A stretch of 64,000 nucleotides of DNA from Octopus bimaculoides (taxonomy: Eukaryota). The notes beneath the pieces were generated by a model that saw only the letters and a list, made by a program, of their open reading frames with translations, made no database searches and was not told the origin of the DNA. Shown piece by piece: positions 38,301-51,400 of the stretch (positions are counted from its first letter, which is position 1; each line of letters opens with the position of its first letter). A program made the position numbers and the translations under genes. The stretch is from NCBI RefSeq assembly GCF_001194135.2, contig NC_068985.1, positions 65,185,966 to 65,249,965 of the forward strand, in the 5' to 3' direction.

Positions 38301-38752
38301 ATAAACTGTGCATCTAGTGAAGACATTGTCATGTTCGATGCCAGTACCACCTGACTGACACCCATGATGGTGCCACATAAAAAGCACCATTTGAGCATGG
38401 TCAATGCCAGTGTTGCCTGACTGGTCCCGTGCCGGTGGTATGTAAAAAGCACCATTCAAGCGTGGCCATTGCCAGTGTTGCCTGAGTGGCTCCTGTGCTG
38501 GTGGCACATAAAAAGCACCATTCAAGCATGGTCGATACCAGTACCGCCTGACTGGCCCGGGTGCTGTTGGCACATAAAAAGCACCCACTACACTCTTGGA
38601 GTGGTTGGCATTAGGAAGGGCATCCAGCTGTAGAAACCTTGCCAGATCAGATTGTAACCTGATGCAGCTTTCTGGTTTGCCTGTTCTCAGTCAAACCGTC
38701 CAACCCATGCCAGCATGGAAAGCGGACATTAAACAATGATGATGATGATGAT
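35308..38752 (+). mobile_element. RTE LINE, near full length with 3' UTR tandem array and (ATG)n tail, decayed
   Basis: EIVEMLERRHVDLCCIQEVRW, ISAYAPQ, VAGDFNGH, YRGIKLL, GVHQGSVLSP, LLYADD; tail ccagcatggaaagcggacattaaacaatgatgatgat. Confidence 0.95.
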
Positions 38753-39279
38753 ATGCGAGAGGGTGTATATATAAGTGTTGATCAATGTATGTATATATGT
38801 ATGTGTATATATATATAATTGTATGTATACATACATATGTTTATATGTTTAAACATACATATGTTTATATATAAATTGTAAATCCAAAAAATAACAACAA
38901 AACTACAAAGGATTCCGTGGTACACATGTTTCAAGTTTTATATGTGTATAATATAATATGTGTATGTACATGAATGTATGTGTAGGTATGTGAGTGTATG
39001 TACGTGTGTATATAAGTTTGTATGTGGGAGTGTATGTGTGAACCTGTGTGTGTATGTGTGTATCTGATCACTGAATATTAAAGGTCAGCTAAAGAAATTC
39101 ACATGTGTAGCCAACCATGAAGAACAGATCAGTAATACAACCAAATGACATACCAATCCCATTCAAATGTCAGCCAGTACCAAAATAGCCATCTACTACC
39201 ATTCATAGCAGTCTACTAAATTCACCATGGCAGCACACACATTGAGTCTATCAACTACTACTAAGTTCAAACTACAATG

Positions 39280-42200
39280 GATGGAGGGGATATCCTTGAA
39301 GTCGATTTTAAACTAACAGAGACAACACTTACATATTCTATCAAAGATTTTCAGTGAAAAAGGCTCTTTATTTAATACATGCTAGCAAAGCATGAATATT
39401 ACAAAAAAGCATGAATATTACAAAAAAGAGGACGAAGGTTTTATTACATACACTGGAATCATTAATAGGGAATGCAAGAGATTTAAAATTAATGAACTAA
39501 CACCAGACTTGTTTAAATGCTTAATTTTTGTGCAAAGTTTAACAGCAAAGAAAGATGTGGAAATTCGTAACCAAATTCTTACTAAATTAGAATAGAATCA
39601 GAAGCTAACACTATGAGAAATATCTGAGGAATGCCAGAGAACATTAAACCTAGGACACAATACAGAACAAATTGAAGTGAGAAATTGTTCCCATATACAG
39701 TCAGTGCAACTGAAAGAAATGAAAAACAGAAAATTAATACATGTTTTGGATGTGGAGAATTACACTACAGATTTTACTGTCCTTATAAAACTCGAAAATG
39801 CTGCAAGTGTGGTAAGATAGGTCATCAAAAATCACACTGTAAAACAAAACCTAGAAAACGGTTCAACAGAAAAGAATCATGTAAACAGTTTATTGGTGAC
39901 AAGGAATATAAACAAGACTCAAAGGAAATTTGTGTTTGTAAAAATTCATAATACAAATGTAAAATTACAATGAGATACAGGTAGTGACATTACTTCAATT
40001 AATGAAAACACATTGAAAACAACTGGGAAACCTACGCTACAGAAAACATCAAAGATTGTATACATGGAGTCTCAAGGGTTAAATTAATTTTTAAAAACGA
40101 AATTATCTGTAATGTTACATTATGCAGTAAGTCTATTAAAACAAAAGATTTTGTATCAAATAATGCAAGCAACTATTTTGGAACTGACTGGATGGAACTG
40201 TTTGACTTAAATCTTTCTGATGCTTACTTACAAATACAAGTGGAAGACGAATGTACTAAGCTGCTAACAATTAATACCCATAAAAATCTGTACAAATTTA
40301 ACTGGCTTCTGTTTGGCATAAAAGTTGCTCTAGCTATATTCCAACAAGTGATGGATGTGATGCTTGCAGAGAGTGACCTCATGATGACCTACCTGGATGA
40401 TATATTAATTAAAAGTGAATCCATGATCAGCATGTCAAGCATGTGAAATGTGTTTTTGAAAAAATAAAAGATTAGTTTCAAACTGGGTGAGGAGAAATGT
40501 AAATTTTTCTTGCCTAAAATTAAGCACTTACAACAAATTATTGATAAAAATGGTCATCAACCAGATCCGTTGAGGGCAGATCATTAAAAATATGCCCCCT
40601 CCAACAAATATATCTATCTTACAAACTTTTTTAGGACTTGCAAACTATTATCAGATTTATATACCAAATATGCACAGGGTAAGAGCTCCACTAAATAATT
40701 TACTAAAAAAAATTGTAAAGTGAAATTGGTCTGAAAATTGTCAGAAGATATTAACGTCAGATTTATCTTTAGCACATTTTGATCCTACATTGGAGATTGT
40801 ATAAGCTTCAGATGCCAGTCAGTGCAGTATCAGAGCAGTAATTCTACATAAATATGAGGGTGGTAACATGAATGCCATGGCCCATACTTTGTGTTCTCTG
40901 CTTTCAACAGAGAAAAATTACAGCCAAATTGAAAAAGAGGCTCTAATGATTATTTTTGCCATAAAAAATTTCATAGATTCTTATTCCGTAGAAGTTTGCA
41001 ATTACAGGCTGACTATCATCTGTTATTATCTATATATGGGTCAAAGAGAGGAATCCTTACCCGTACTGCTAATAGGGTGCAACACTGGAGTACTATATTA
41101 CTAACTTATGATTTTAAGATGGAGTTTATACCATCTAAGAAATTAGGACACACTGGTTGTTTATCAAGATTGATACCAAAAAATACTGAACCATTTGAGG
41201 ACATTGTGATTGCAGTGTTGCGAGCAGAAAAAGAAATTAAAAATATTTTATGTAATGTTGTACGAGAATTACCAGTTACATTAGAAGAAATCAAATAAAA
41301 AGTGGAAAATGATGAATTTATTAAAAAAATGAAAGGAATTCTGAGTGTTGAAAAAATATTAAAATATGCGTATCGCAGAACACATGAATTTGAACCTGCT
41401 TTCAGTTTGTGACAATGTGCTAATGTACACACAGAGAGTGATAGTGACAGCCACACTACAGAAATGAATACTAAAAGAATTTCACATTTCTCACCCAGAG
41501 ATTTCAGGAATGAAATCATTGATGAGAAGCTGTGTGTATTGGCCAAGAATGAACTGAGAGATTAAAGAACTAGTGAAAGCATGTAGAGGCTATGCTCTAG
41601 CAGGAAAATCACCTGCCACAGAATGGCAACTATGGCCAAAAACAGATATCCCATGGTCCAGACTGCATGTTGATTTCACAGGTTCAGTTAATGGTTTATG
41701 TTACCTTGTTGTGGTAGATAGTTTTTGTAAGTGGCCTGAAGTACATAAGTGTAAAAAACCAACATTCTCAGTTACAATAAGTTTTTTTACACAAATGGTT
41801 CACTAGTTATGGTATTCTTGATACCATTGTGTCTGACAATGGAACTCAGTTTACTGCAGATAAGTTTTAAAAAATTCTGTAAAACGTTCTCTACCAAACA
41901 TGTGACCACTCCACCATATCATCCTAGGTGAAATGGACAAGCAGAGCATTTTGTCAATACATTTAAGAGGGCTTTAAAGAAAGCGAGCAATGAAATAATG
42001 GATGACCTAGCACTTCAACAGTTTTTGAGGGTATATCAAATGACTCCAAATCCCAGTACCCTCTCTGGAATGTCACCAGCAGAAAGATTAGAAAGATTAG
42101 ATCAGTATTCAGCAAGTTATTACTGGGTAAAAAAATAGAAAAATAGCAGATGACAAATATAATACAAAATTTTTCAAAATTAGTGACAAAGTTTACTTTA

Positions 42201-42422
42201 AAATGTATAAAAACTGTGAAGAAATGCGGGAACTCAGAGTGATTACTAGACAGATTGGGAAAGTGCTATATTTGGTAAAAGGCCACAACTACATAAAAGG
42301 CATATAAATCAACTAAAATGGAAGTCTTCTATGATAAGTTTGATGTACCAATACCTAAACAAATTATAGAAACTACACATTCAAGAACAGAAGTACTTGA
42401 AATAGACCCTAAATGCAAAAGA
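39280..42422 (+). mobile_element. Ty3/gypsy element C (K02A2.6-like), no LTRs visible, PR-RT deletion
   Basis: gag CFGCGELH..C, GTDWMELFD joined to LNLSDAY at ~40205, YLDD, DAS, integrase WSRLHVDF / IVSDNGTQF. Confidence 0.88.
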
Positions 42423-45400
42423 TATGACCAACTACTGCGACTTCTTGATGTCACAGTGTTTGTAAAGACTGGTACATACCACTCATCATGTGAGAGGGAG
42501 TGTTCCATTATTATCATTATCCCTATAACATCTTCCCTTTTCTTTTTCTTACGGAGTGTAATTTTATTTCTTTTTATTAGCCATAATTTTCACATCACCC
42601 CACCTTCCTTTTTTTGAGTTTTTTATTTTTCATACAATTACAAATTTGATAATATTTTTGTTTGGCATCCACTCTCAAGAACTCTGTACATTTTCTCTTT
42701 CTTTCACTCGTGCATCTAGGTTCAATTATTTGTAGTGGCATTTGTACTTGAAAAGTATCAACTAACCATTCCATTTGTTCTTCCATTCTCTTGGGTTTGC
42801 TCTCAATGAATCTTTTTTTTTTAGTTGATTGATGTATCTCTTGCATACACCTTTTCTTACTTTTACCAAGCATAGCATTTTTCCTATGCGTTTGGTAATC
42901 ATGCCATCTTCCCAAGTTTGTTTTCCATTCTTACATACCCTAACAAATACATTTTCACCAATTTTGAAATATGTTGCTGTATTATCCATTACAATTTTAC
43001 TTTACTTGAAGACTGATTTTATTTTCTTTGCAAACATCAGCTCTGCTGGTGACATACCTGCTGGTGTATTTGGATTTGTTGTCATGCAGTATACTCTTAA
43101 GAATTGTTGTAGAGCTACCTCATCCATGACTTCCTTCTTAGGGCTCTCTTGAACATATTCTTTTCTACACCAGGCACAATGCCCGAATTTTTGGGGGGAG
43201 AGAGCCAGTTTATTAGATCAACCCCCAGTATGCAATTGGTATCTAATTTATCGACCCTGAAAGGATGAAAAGCAAAGTCAACCTTGGCAGAATTTCAACT
43301 CAGAACATAAAGACAGACGAAATACTACTAAGCATTTTGCCTGGTGTGCTAACATTTCTATCAGCTCACCTTGTTTGTGTATACATTGGCTCTCTTGAAC
43401 ATGTTGACAAAGCATTCTGCTTATTTGTTAGATCTGGGATGGTATGGCACTGTACTTACGTGTTCTACAGCAGACATTTTACAAAACTTTTTAAACTCAA
43501 AAGACACAAATTTATGTTCCATTGTTAGACCCTATCATGTCTGGGACACTAAATCTCGCAAACAGCTCATGTAGGAAATTTATCGTAGTTGAGGAAGTTG
43601 GCTTTTTACACTTTTTACACAAATTTCTGGCCATTTAAAGAAACTGTCTGCTAACACTAAGTAGTATGAACCGTTTAAGGAACCACCGAAATCAATGTGT
43701 AGTCTCGACCACAAAACATCTACTTTTGGCCAAGGTTCACTTTTTATCATCAGTAATTTTGCCACTAGACCACATCCTCAACAGCCTTTCACAATTTTTT
43801 TGATTTCTCTATCCATTTTTGGCCAGTACATGTAGCTACACATTAAAGCTTTCATCCTCAAACTACCTGGATGTCCAACATGGAATACGCTCAACATTTT
43901 CTTTTGCAGTGTTTCAGGTATTACTACTCTCTGTGCATACATCAGTAGACCATCACAAATTGAGTATTGGTTCACATCTTGGTTTTGTTTTACACCAATC
44001 CTGTTCCTATTTATTTTTCCTGTCTACAGTATTCTTTTCATTTCTGTTATGAATTTGCCCTTTTCTCCATTTCATTTTATGTCTTCTAGGGTTACCAGTA
44101 ATTTGGGTACCACATTCCACATTGCATTTTTCATTTCTCCTTCTGATCTTAATGCTGCAATTGCCATATCTTTGAATAGCTCACAGTGTTTCAGTATCAG
44201 TCTGGACAAACCATCTGCATGCCCTAGTTATTTTGACAGTAAATATTCCATTTTGTAATCATAATTCAATAATATAGGGCCCCATTGTTGTAGTCTATTC
44301 ACCGTGTGTGTTGGTATTCCTTTTTTTAGAACCGTACATTGACAGTAGTGGGTGATGATCTGTTTGTAGACAGAAATTTCTTCCATGAATAAATCTGGAA
44401 TGTTTTCACATTGAATATAATTGCTAACACCTCCTTTTCTATTTTTCTATAGTTCCTTTTTACTGGTAGTAACAATTGTGACACATGGGCCCTAGCCTTT
44501 TAACTCCTATCATCATATTTGTGCAGAAATATTGCTCCTACACTGTAATCACTCATCTGTAGCCAATATAATATGCAGATCAAAATGCATTAATTATAAG
44601 TTCGATGTTAAAATGCTTTTTAATTCGTCAAATTCCTTCTGGCACTTATCAGTCCAGCACCATTTTACATTTTTCTTTAACAATTCATCTAGTGGAGGCC
44701 CTTACATTGTGTATATTGGGAATATAAATTTGGTAGTAATTTACTAATCCCAAGAATGCTTGTAGCATAGTCACATTATTCTGCATGTGCATATTTTTTT
44801 TATCACAGTTGCTCTGAGTGAATCCAGTTCCTGTCCATTTTTATCTATTATCTGGCCTAAGTATTTAACTTTTTTCAGAAAGAACTCGCATTTTCGTCAC
44901 TTAACTTAAAACTGTATTCTCTTATTTTTCGAATACCCTTTTTACATGTTCTACATGTTGTTCATGTGATTTGCTTTTTATTATGATATCATCTACACAG
45001 GTGATAGCAAAATCACTGTTCACCAGCATTGTATCCATTACTTGTTGAAATACGAAAGGGGCCACCTTTACACTGAAGGGAAGCCACTTAAATTTAAATA
45101 AACTACTGTGTGTATTAATGGCTAATAAGTGTTAGCATTCTTCTACTTGAATTTGTAAATATGCCTCTGAGAGGTCTAATTTTGAGAAGAATTTCCCTCC
45201 ATTTTATTTTGTGAACACTTCCTCAGAACTCAGCAATGTGTAGTTATGTGAGATTAAGCAGTTGCTTAAACCTATTGAAAAGTTCTTTTTTTATGTAGAC
45301 CATATGTGCTGTCCAATCTAAGTGGTCTGTCCTCTCAATTATTCCTAGGCTTTCAAGTCTTTCAAGTTCTTTATTTACCTGTTCTAGTGCTGCAAATGGT

Positions 45401-47275
45401 ACATTTCATTTTGGTTTAAATACAGGTGTTGCACTTTGTTTTACTACAATTCTTGCCTTTGTTTTCGTGCAGCAGCCCAGTTCATCTGAGAAAACATCTG
45501 CAAATAAATATTGTATTTTTTGTTTCAATCCCTCAGCTACATTCAAACCTTTGACTGAACCAACTATATTCCTACACGAAACACTTATGAGCATATTCCA
45601 TGATTTGAACAGTTCTGTCCACTCTGTGCCGAACAGATTAACTGAATTTTTTAACACATATACTTTTGCCATTTTCATTTGGTCACAACATGTCACATTA
45701 CACACAAATTCACTTACAAAATACAATCTTTTACCCGTAACACCATGTGTTACTTTTGTAGATTTACTTAATTTTGGCTTACTGGTATACTTCCAAGTTT
45801 CTTCATTGACAATGGTAATATCACTTCCAGTGTCTAACTGCATTTTTACACTTTTATTCTCAATTTTCACATTTACAAATTTCCTCTTTGTTACATTACC
45901 ATTTTCTTTTGATGACATCTTGTTTATTCTTTTTTGTTTGTTCCAATGTTTTGTCATCTTGGTTTTACAGTGTATTTTTACACAATGGAAACATTCCACT
46001 TACTTAAATGAACAGTTTTTTCTCATGCAAAACAGGGGTTTATTTCTTGATTTTTGTCCTGTTTGAATTGTATTTTAGTACACACTTGATTTCTATTCTG
46101 CCTGTTTTCCACTTGTTTCACTTGAGTGCAAGCTTTATGTTCAATTTTCTCTCTGTTGTGTCTTCAATTTACTGTTCTTTCATACTTTTCTGACACTTGT
46201 TGTAAGGTTAAGCTTGGTTTTGTTCCAGCTTAGTGAAAGTTCTTGTTCTTAGTTCTGCGCCTTTTCTGCAGTTAGTCCCTGAGTAAATATCAAGTACTTG
46301 AACATATCTGGCATTAATTCATCCAGTGTGAACTGTGCACATTTTCTATTTACTCTACCAGCATATGTGATGTAATCCTCCTCGTTGCCCTTTTCTAGGT
46401 TCAAACATTTCCAGCATGTATTGAACAATGAGCTATTTTCACTAAAATATTTACACAATATTTCTATTGTATTTCTAAAGTTTATGTCAGAAGGTTTCCT
46501 CAGGAGTACATAATTGTTGTATTGCTCATGTTCTCCTATTGTCAGTTCTCTTAGGATTAGATGCATTTTCATATTGTCATCCCAATCTTTGCACTCTTTA
46601 TTGAAGTTCTGTTCATATTTTCTATAGTATGACTTGAAGGTAACTCCTTCGTCTGGTTCATACTTAAATTCCATTATTGAGTTTGCAACATAATCTGGTG
46701 AGAACATCTTTTCAGCATTTTTGGATGATTTACTATTCATTAATTGCAGCATTTGTTGTTGTAATAGTAATTGCTGTTGTTAATGCAATTGTTGCTGCTG
46801 TAATTGTAATTGTTGTTCTTGCAGTAGTAATCGTTGTTGTTGTTGTCCCTGAAGCTGCTGCTGCTGTTTCTGCAGTTGTTGTTGCTGTTTCTGCAGCTAC
46901 TGCTGCTGATGCTGTTGTTAAGGCAGTTGTTTTTGTTGTTGTTTTTGCAACTCAAGCAAACTGGCCAACAAATCTTCCATAATTTTACACTTTTGTATAT
47001 TATAAAATTCCTACAAAAAACTTTTGTGAATTTCATAACTCCTTGTGAGTTTGTTTAACCTTTGTGAGTTTGTTGATTCTCATTACCACTGTTGTAATCC
47101 AACGTTGGACTGTTATAATATCCCATCTAATGTAGCAATATAGTTAGTTAGACAGATAAGACACAACTATCTATGACCAACAACTATGACTTCTTGACAT
47201 CACAATATTTGTAAGGACTAATACATACCACTCATTATATGGGAAGGGTTTTCCATTATTATTATCCATATAACA
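42423..47275 (-). mobile_element. Ty3/gypsy LTR element D (K02A2.6-like): 5' LTR 47090-47275, 3' LTR remnant 42423-42530
   Basis: Degenerate PBS TGGTAATGAGAAT (47076-47088); PPT aaagaaagggaaga (42531-42547); Q-rich gag start, LDTGSD, RT, RNaseH, integrase WSRLHIDF. Confidence 0.9.
43157..43387 (-). mobile_element. tRNA-derived SINE inserted in integrase of element D with 15-bp TSD
   Basis: ggctctcttgaacat at 43142-43156 and 43388-43402; head ggtgagctgatagaaatgttagc...gttctgagttgaaattc. Confidence 0.92.
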
Positions 47276-47835
47276 GGTTGATGAAAATCTCAGAAGAAAC
47301 ACTAAACGTCAACCAAAGGAAATCTTAAAAGACGCCTCACAATGGCAAAATTCACATCAGAGGATAATTCAGAATTCTCCATGAAGGATTGTGGAATATA
47401 CAGCAACAACTTCAAATATTTGGACACTGGTTCCCATATAAAACTTAAAAGTGGATTCTCATTCTAAATAGATGCAGCTATGAATTGCAAGGCCCAAAAT
47501 TTAATATACTGCATAACCTGCCCCAATTGGTGAAATAAACAATTCTCTTTGCCAATGTACAAGAGTCCACAGACAACATATCGTACAAAGTGAATTACAT
47601 AAGATTCCACTGAGCAAGCATCTGAAAATATGTGGAAACAACAGATTCAAGATCTTTCCTTTCTACAAATGCCCAAGGAATGATCCAAAGTACCAGAAGG
47701 TAATGGAATTACATTTTATATAAAACAATTTTATCTAAACATATAAATAACATATTATTAATAAACACATGAGAAACCTTTATTAAAAAAAAATTAGTTT
47801 CCCTGATGAACCAAACCAGATAACCATTGGCTATT
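47276..47835 (+). mobile_element. Penelope-like GIY-YIG endonuclease fragment and start of pseudo-LTR
   Basis: QNLIYCITCP...RVHRQHI...IPLSKHLKICG...FKIFPFYKC. Confidence 0.75.
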
Positions 47836-48416
47836 ATTATTGATAATGTTATCATTACTGTTACTAAAATAACTGGAAAAATTCACTTAAGCAGCCAATA
47901 CACAACACACACACACACATATGCTTAAACACAAGCACATTTAAAGACCTTCCAAAACCATTTGATAGATTCTATTTTCTACAGCTGGGTAACATGACAA
48001 CTTTTTGACCTGTCACCACTTTCAACCATCCCAGAAAACCCCACTTTCTTTCTTCCAGTCACTCTTTCTTTTTCCTTTTGTCTCTCTAATCAAGTCTCCA
48101 AAAATTCGCCCCACACACATACATATACACACATATATACACACACATATACACACAAAAAGATTCAAAGTAACAAAGAACATCTCCACCACTCCCAAAA
48201 CATCCTCTTACCAAGGAAACAAATTCAACTCTAGATTTTTCAACTAACTCACATATATGTAAAAGGTATGAGTTTTCAATAAAAAAAATTATTCATGATG
48301 AATCCCTCAAAGGGACAAAAGTTTTAAATAAATAGTTCTTATCCAAATCCCAACTACCTCCTTTTTCTTAATATATAAGATGTGTACACCACTTCAAACA
48401 ATCTATGCATACGGAC

Positions 48417-51400
48417 TGTTGTGGCGAGAGTATGACACCATCTAACAAGAATAGATGGAACCACTACATATAAATAGTAGCTGTTTAATGTAATCGGCAG
48501 TTCATAGTTTGGTCTTCAAAGTCCAGGTACAGTTTACAGTTCGAGTTAGTGTGTTGGAAATATTGATTGTTGGTTTGTTACTTGTTTGTTACTGCTGCTG
48601 TTTCTATGTTATATTGTTATAACACTGTTACTGTGTATTCTTTATCTGTCATCAACAATAGCAATTGTACTATGATATTTGAGGCATAGGGATATAAAAT
48701 CTGGTGACGAGGATTTTTTGAAGCTCGGGTAGGTTATTTGACAATTTGTGCGTCATACAAATTGTTAAATAATGGAGAGCCTATTAGCTACAGTAATATA
48801 GCTTCAAGAGAAGCAACAGGCACAACTACAGGAGTTGCAGAAGCAAATATTACAACAACAGCAGTTAATTGAGTTACAGTCAAGGAAGTCTGGAAATTCG
48901 GTAAGTTCGTTTACACCAGATGGTGTGGTGAACTTAATTTCTGAATTCACTTCTAATCTGGAGAAGGGTATTATGTTTCCTGCATACTATAGAAGGTATG
49001 AGGAATTTTTTAACAAAGAGTGCAAGTCATGGTTGGATGAGGAGAAAGTGAGGCTATTACTATGCAAGTTAGTTCTGACCAAGCATGAACACTACTGTAA
49101 CTTTATATTGCCCAAAAAGTCGAGTGAGATTTGTTTCCAAGAAACTATTGAATTACTCTCAAAGATCTTTGTGACAAAAGTTTGTTATTTAACACTCGAA
49201 TGGAGTTTTGGAACTTAACAAAAAATGACAATGATGACTTTATTACATATGCTGGAGTAGTCAACTGTATGTGTGAAAATTTTAAACTTCAGGAGTTCCC
49301 TCAGGATATGTTTAAATCCCTTATCTTCATACAAGACCTTACGGCAACCATAAATAGAGAAATTCAGGCAAAGATTCCCTCAAAAATGGAGCAAGCAAAC
49401 CAAGACTTAACCCTACAGACCTTTGCAGAAAAATGTCAAACAATGGTAAACCTGAAGCATGACATGAAAAAATTCAAGAGAAATATTCCACAAAAATACA
49501 GATGTGTTGACCCAGAAAATACTACAAAAAAAGAGTACCAGGCCTCAATCCAAGTTACAGATGTGGGGGCCTACACTTCAGAAAAGAGTGTCTGTTTAAA
49601 AACCAAAAATGTTATAGTTGTCAGAAACTTGGTCACAAGATCTCACACTGCAGGACAAGATTATGAGGGTTGAATGCAAAAAGTTCTAAGTTATTTTAAG
49701 CAGAAAGTGAATATGACACAAAAACAAGAGAATTCATACACATAAAAATAAATGGTGTAAATATTAAACTACAGTTGGATACAGGTAGTGATATTTCAAT
49801 CATAAATGTGGATACATGGAGAAAAATCAGGAAACCAAGGTTACATAAAATAGTGAAAATTGCACATGACATGAGAGGCAATAAATTACATTTCATGGGC
49901 AAAATGTGTACAGACATCACATTTTGAAGAGAAACACACAAAGTAAAAATATTCATTGTGGAGAATACAATCAATCTGTTTGGTACAGATTGGAGTTATT
50001 GACTTATGGCACCTCCCCATAAGTCTCTAATGCAAAAACATAAATGGTTGTCCCGTTAAAAATAAATCATCTGAGGAATTGAAGAGAAAATTGAAAAAGA
50101 TGCTTCCTCAAGTACTATCAGAGAATTTAGGTCTATGTAAAAAGACTGAAGCCTGCTTTCAAGTAAGTGAAAACGCTGTGCCTGTATTTAAATCTAACAG
50201 AAAAATACCATTTGGACAGAATGGAAAAGAGTGGAATCATCAAAAAGGTGGATTACTCTAAGTGGGCACCACCCGCAGTGTGCATTAAAAAGAAAAAATA
50301 AGATTAGGCTGTGTGCCAATTTCTCTACAGGATTGAACAGCTGCTTAAAGACATGCTACCATCCATTCCTGACTCCTGGGGACATTTTCACAAAATTAAA
50401 TGGTGGGAAAATTTTCTCCAAAGTGATTTTTCTGATACTTATTTACCGATTAAAGTAAATGACAAATGCTCAAAGTATCTGACAATAAATACACATAGAG
50501 GATTGTACAGATATACCAGGTTACCTTTTGGATTAAAGTTTGCGCCAGCAATATTTCAACAAGTCATGGGCGCTATGTTATCTGATTGTGAATTTGCAAT
50601 CCCCTATTTAGACGATATATTGATTAAGAGTAATTTGCATGAACTGCATGTGGAGCATATAAAAGCTGTGTTCAAGAAAATTATAGAGTATGGGTTCACT
50701 TTGAGTGAAGAAAAATGTGAATTCTTTTTGCCCCAAATTAGGTACTTATGGCAAATAATTGATAAAACTGGTAGACCGCCTGACCTGTCAAGGGCAGACA
50801 ATAAAGAATATGCCTGCTCCAGCAAATATACTAACATTACAAGCGTTTATTGGGCTGGCAAACTACTACCAAAACTACATTCCTAACATGCACAAATTAA
50901 GAGCTCCGTTGAATGACTTATTAAAAAAGGAAGTAAAGTGGAATTGGTCGTTAAATGTCAAAACTCGTTTGAAGAAATAAAAAAAATTCTAATTGCAGAT
51001 TTGTCTTTAGTACATTTTGATCCTGAAATGGACATTGTTGTAGCGTCTGATGCTTCGGAGTATGGAACAGGAGCAGTTTTGCTACACAAGTATAAAGATG
51101 GAAGTACAAAACCAGTGATTCATGTTTTGTGTTCACTGATAGTGGCAGAGAAAAAAATGCAGTCAGATAGGAAAATAAGCCCTATCGATTATCATTGCTG
51201 TAAAAATTTCACAGGTTTCTACATGGTAGAAGTTTTCTGTTACAAACAGATCATCAACTATTGCTATCAATTTATGGGTCAAAGAAAGGGTTACCTACCC
51301 ATACAGCAAACTGACTACAATGTTGGGATATAATAATACTAAATTACAATTTTAAAATTTCAAAATTTACAATTTTAAAATTTCAAAAGTCATGCAGACT

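Noticed and set aside
38336-38590. CRISPR-like regular repeats
   Set aside because: No unique spacers; tandem units inside a LINE 3' UTR in a eukaryote.
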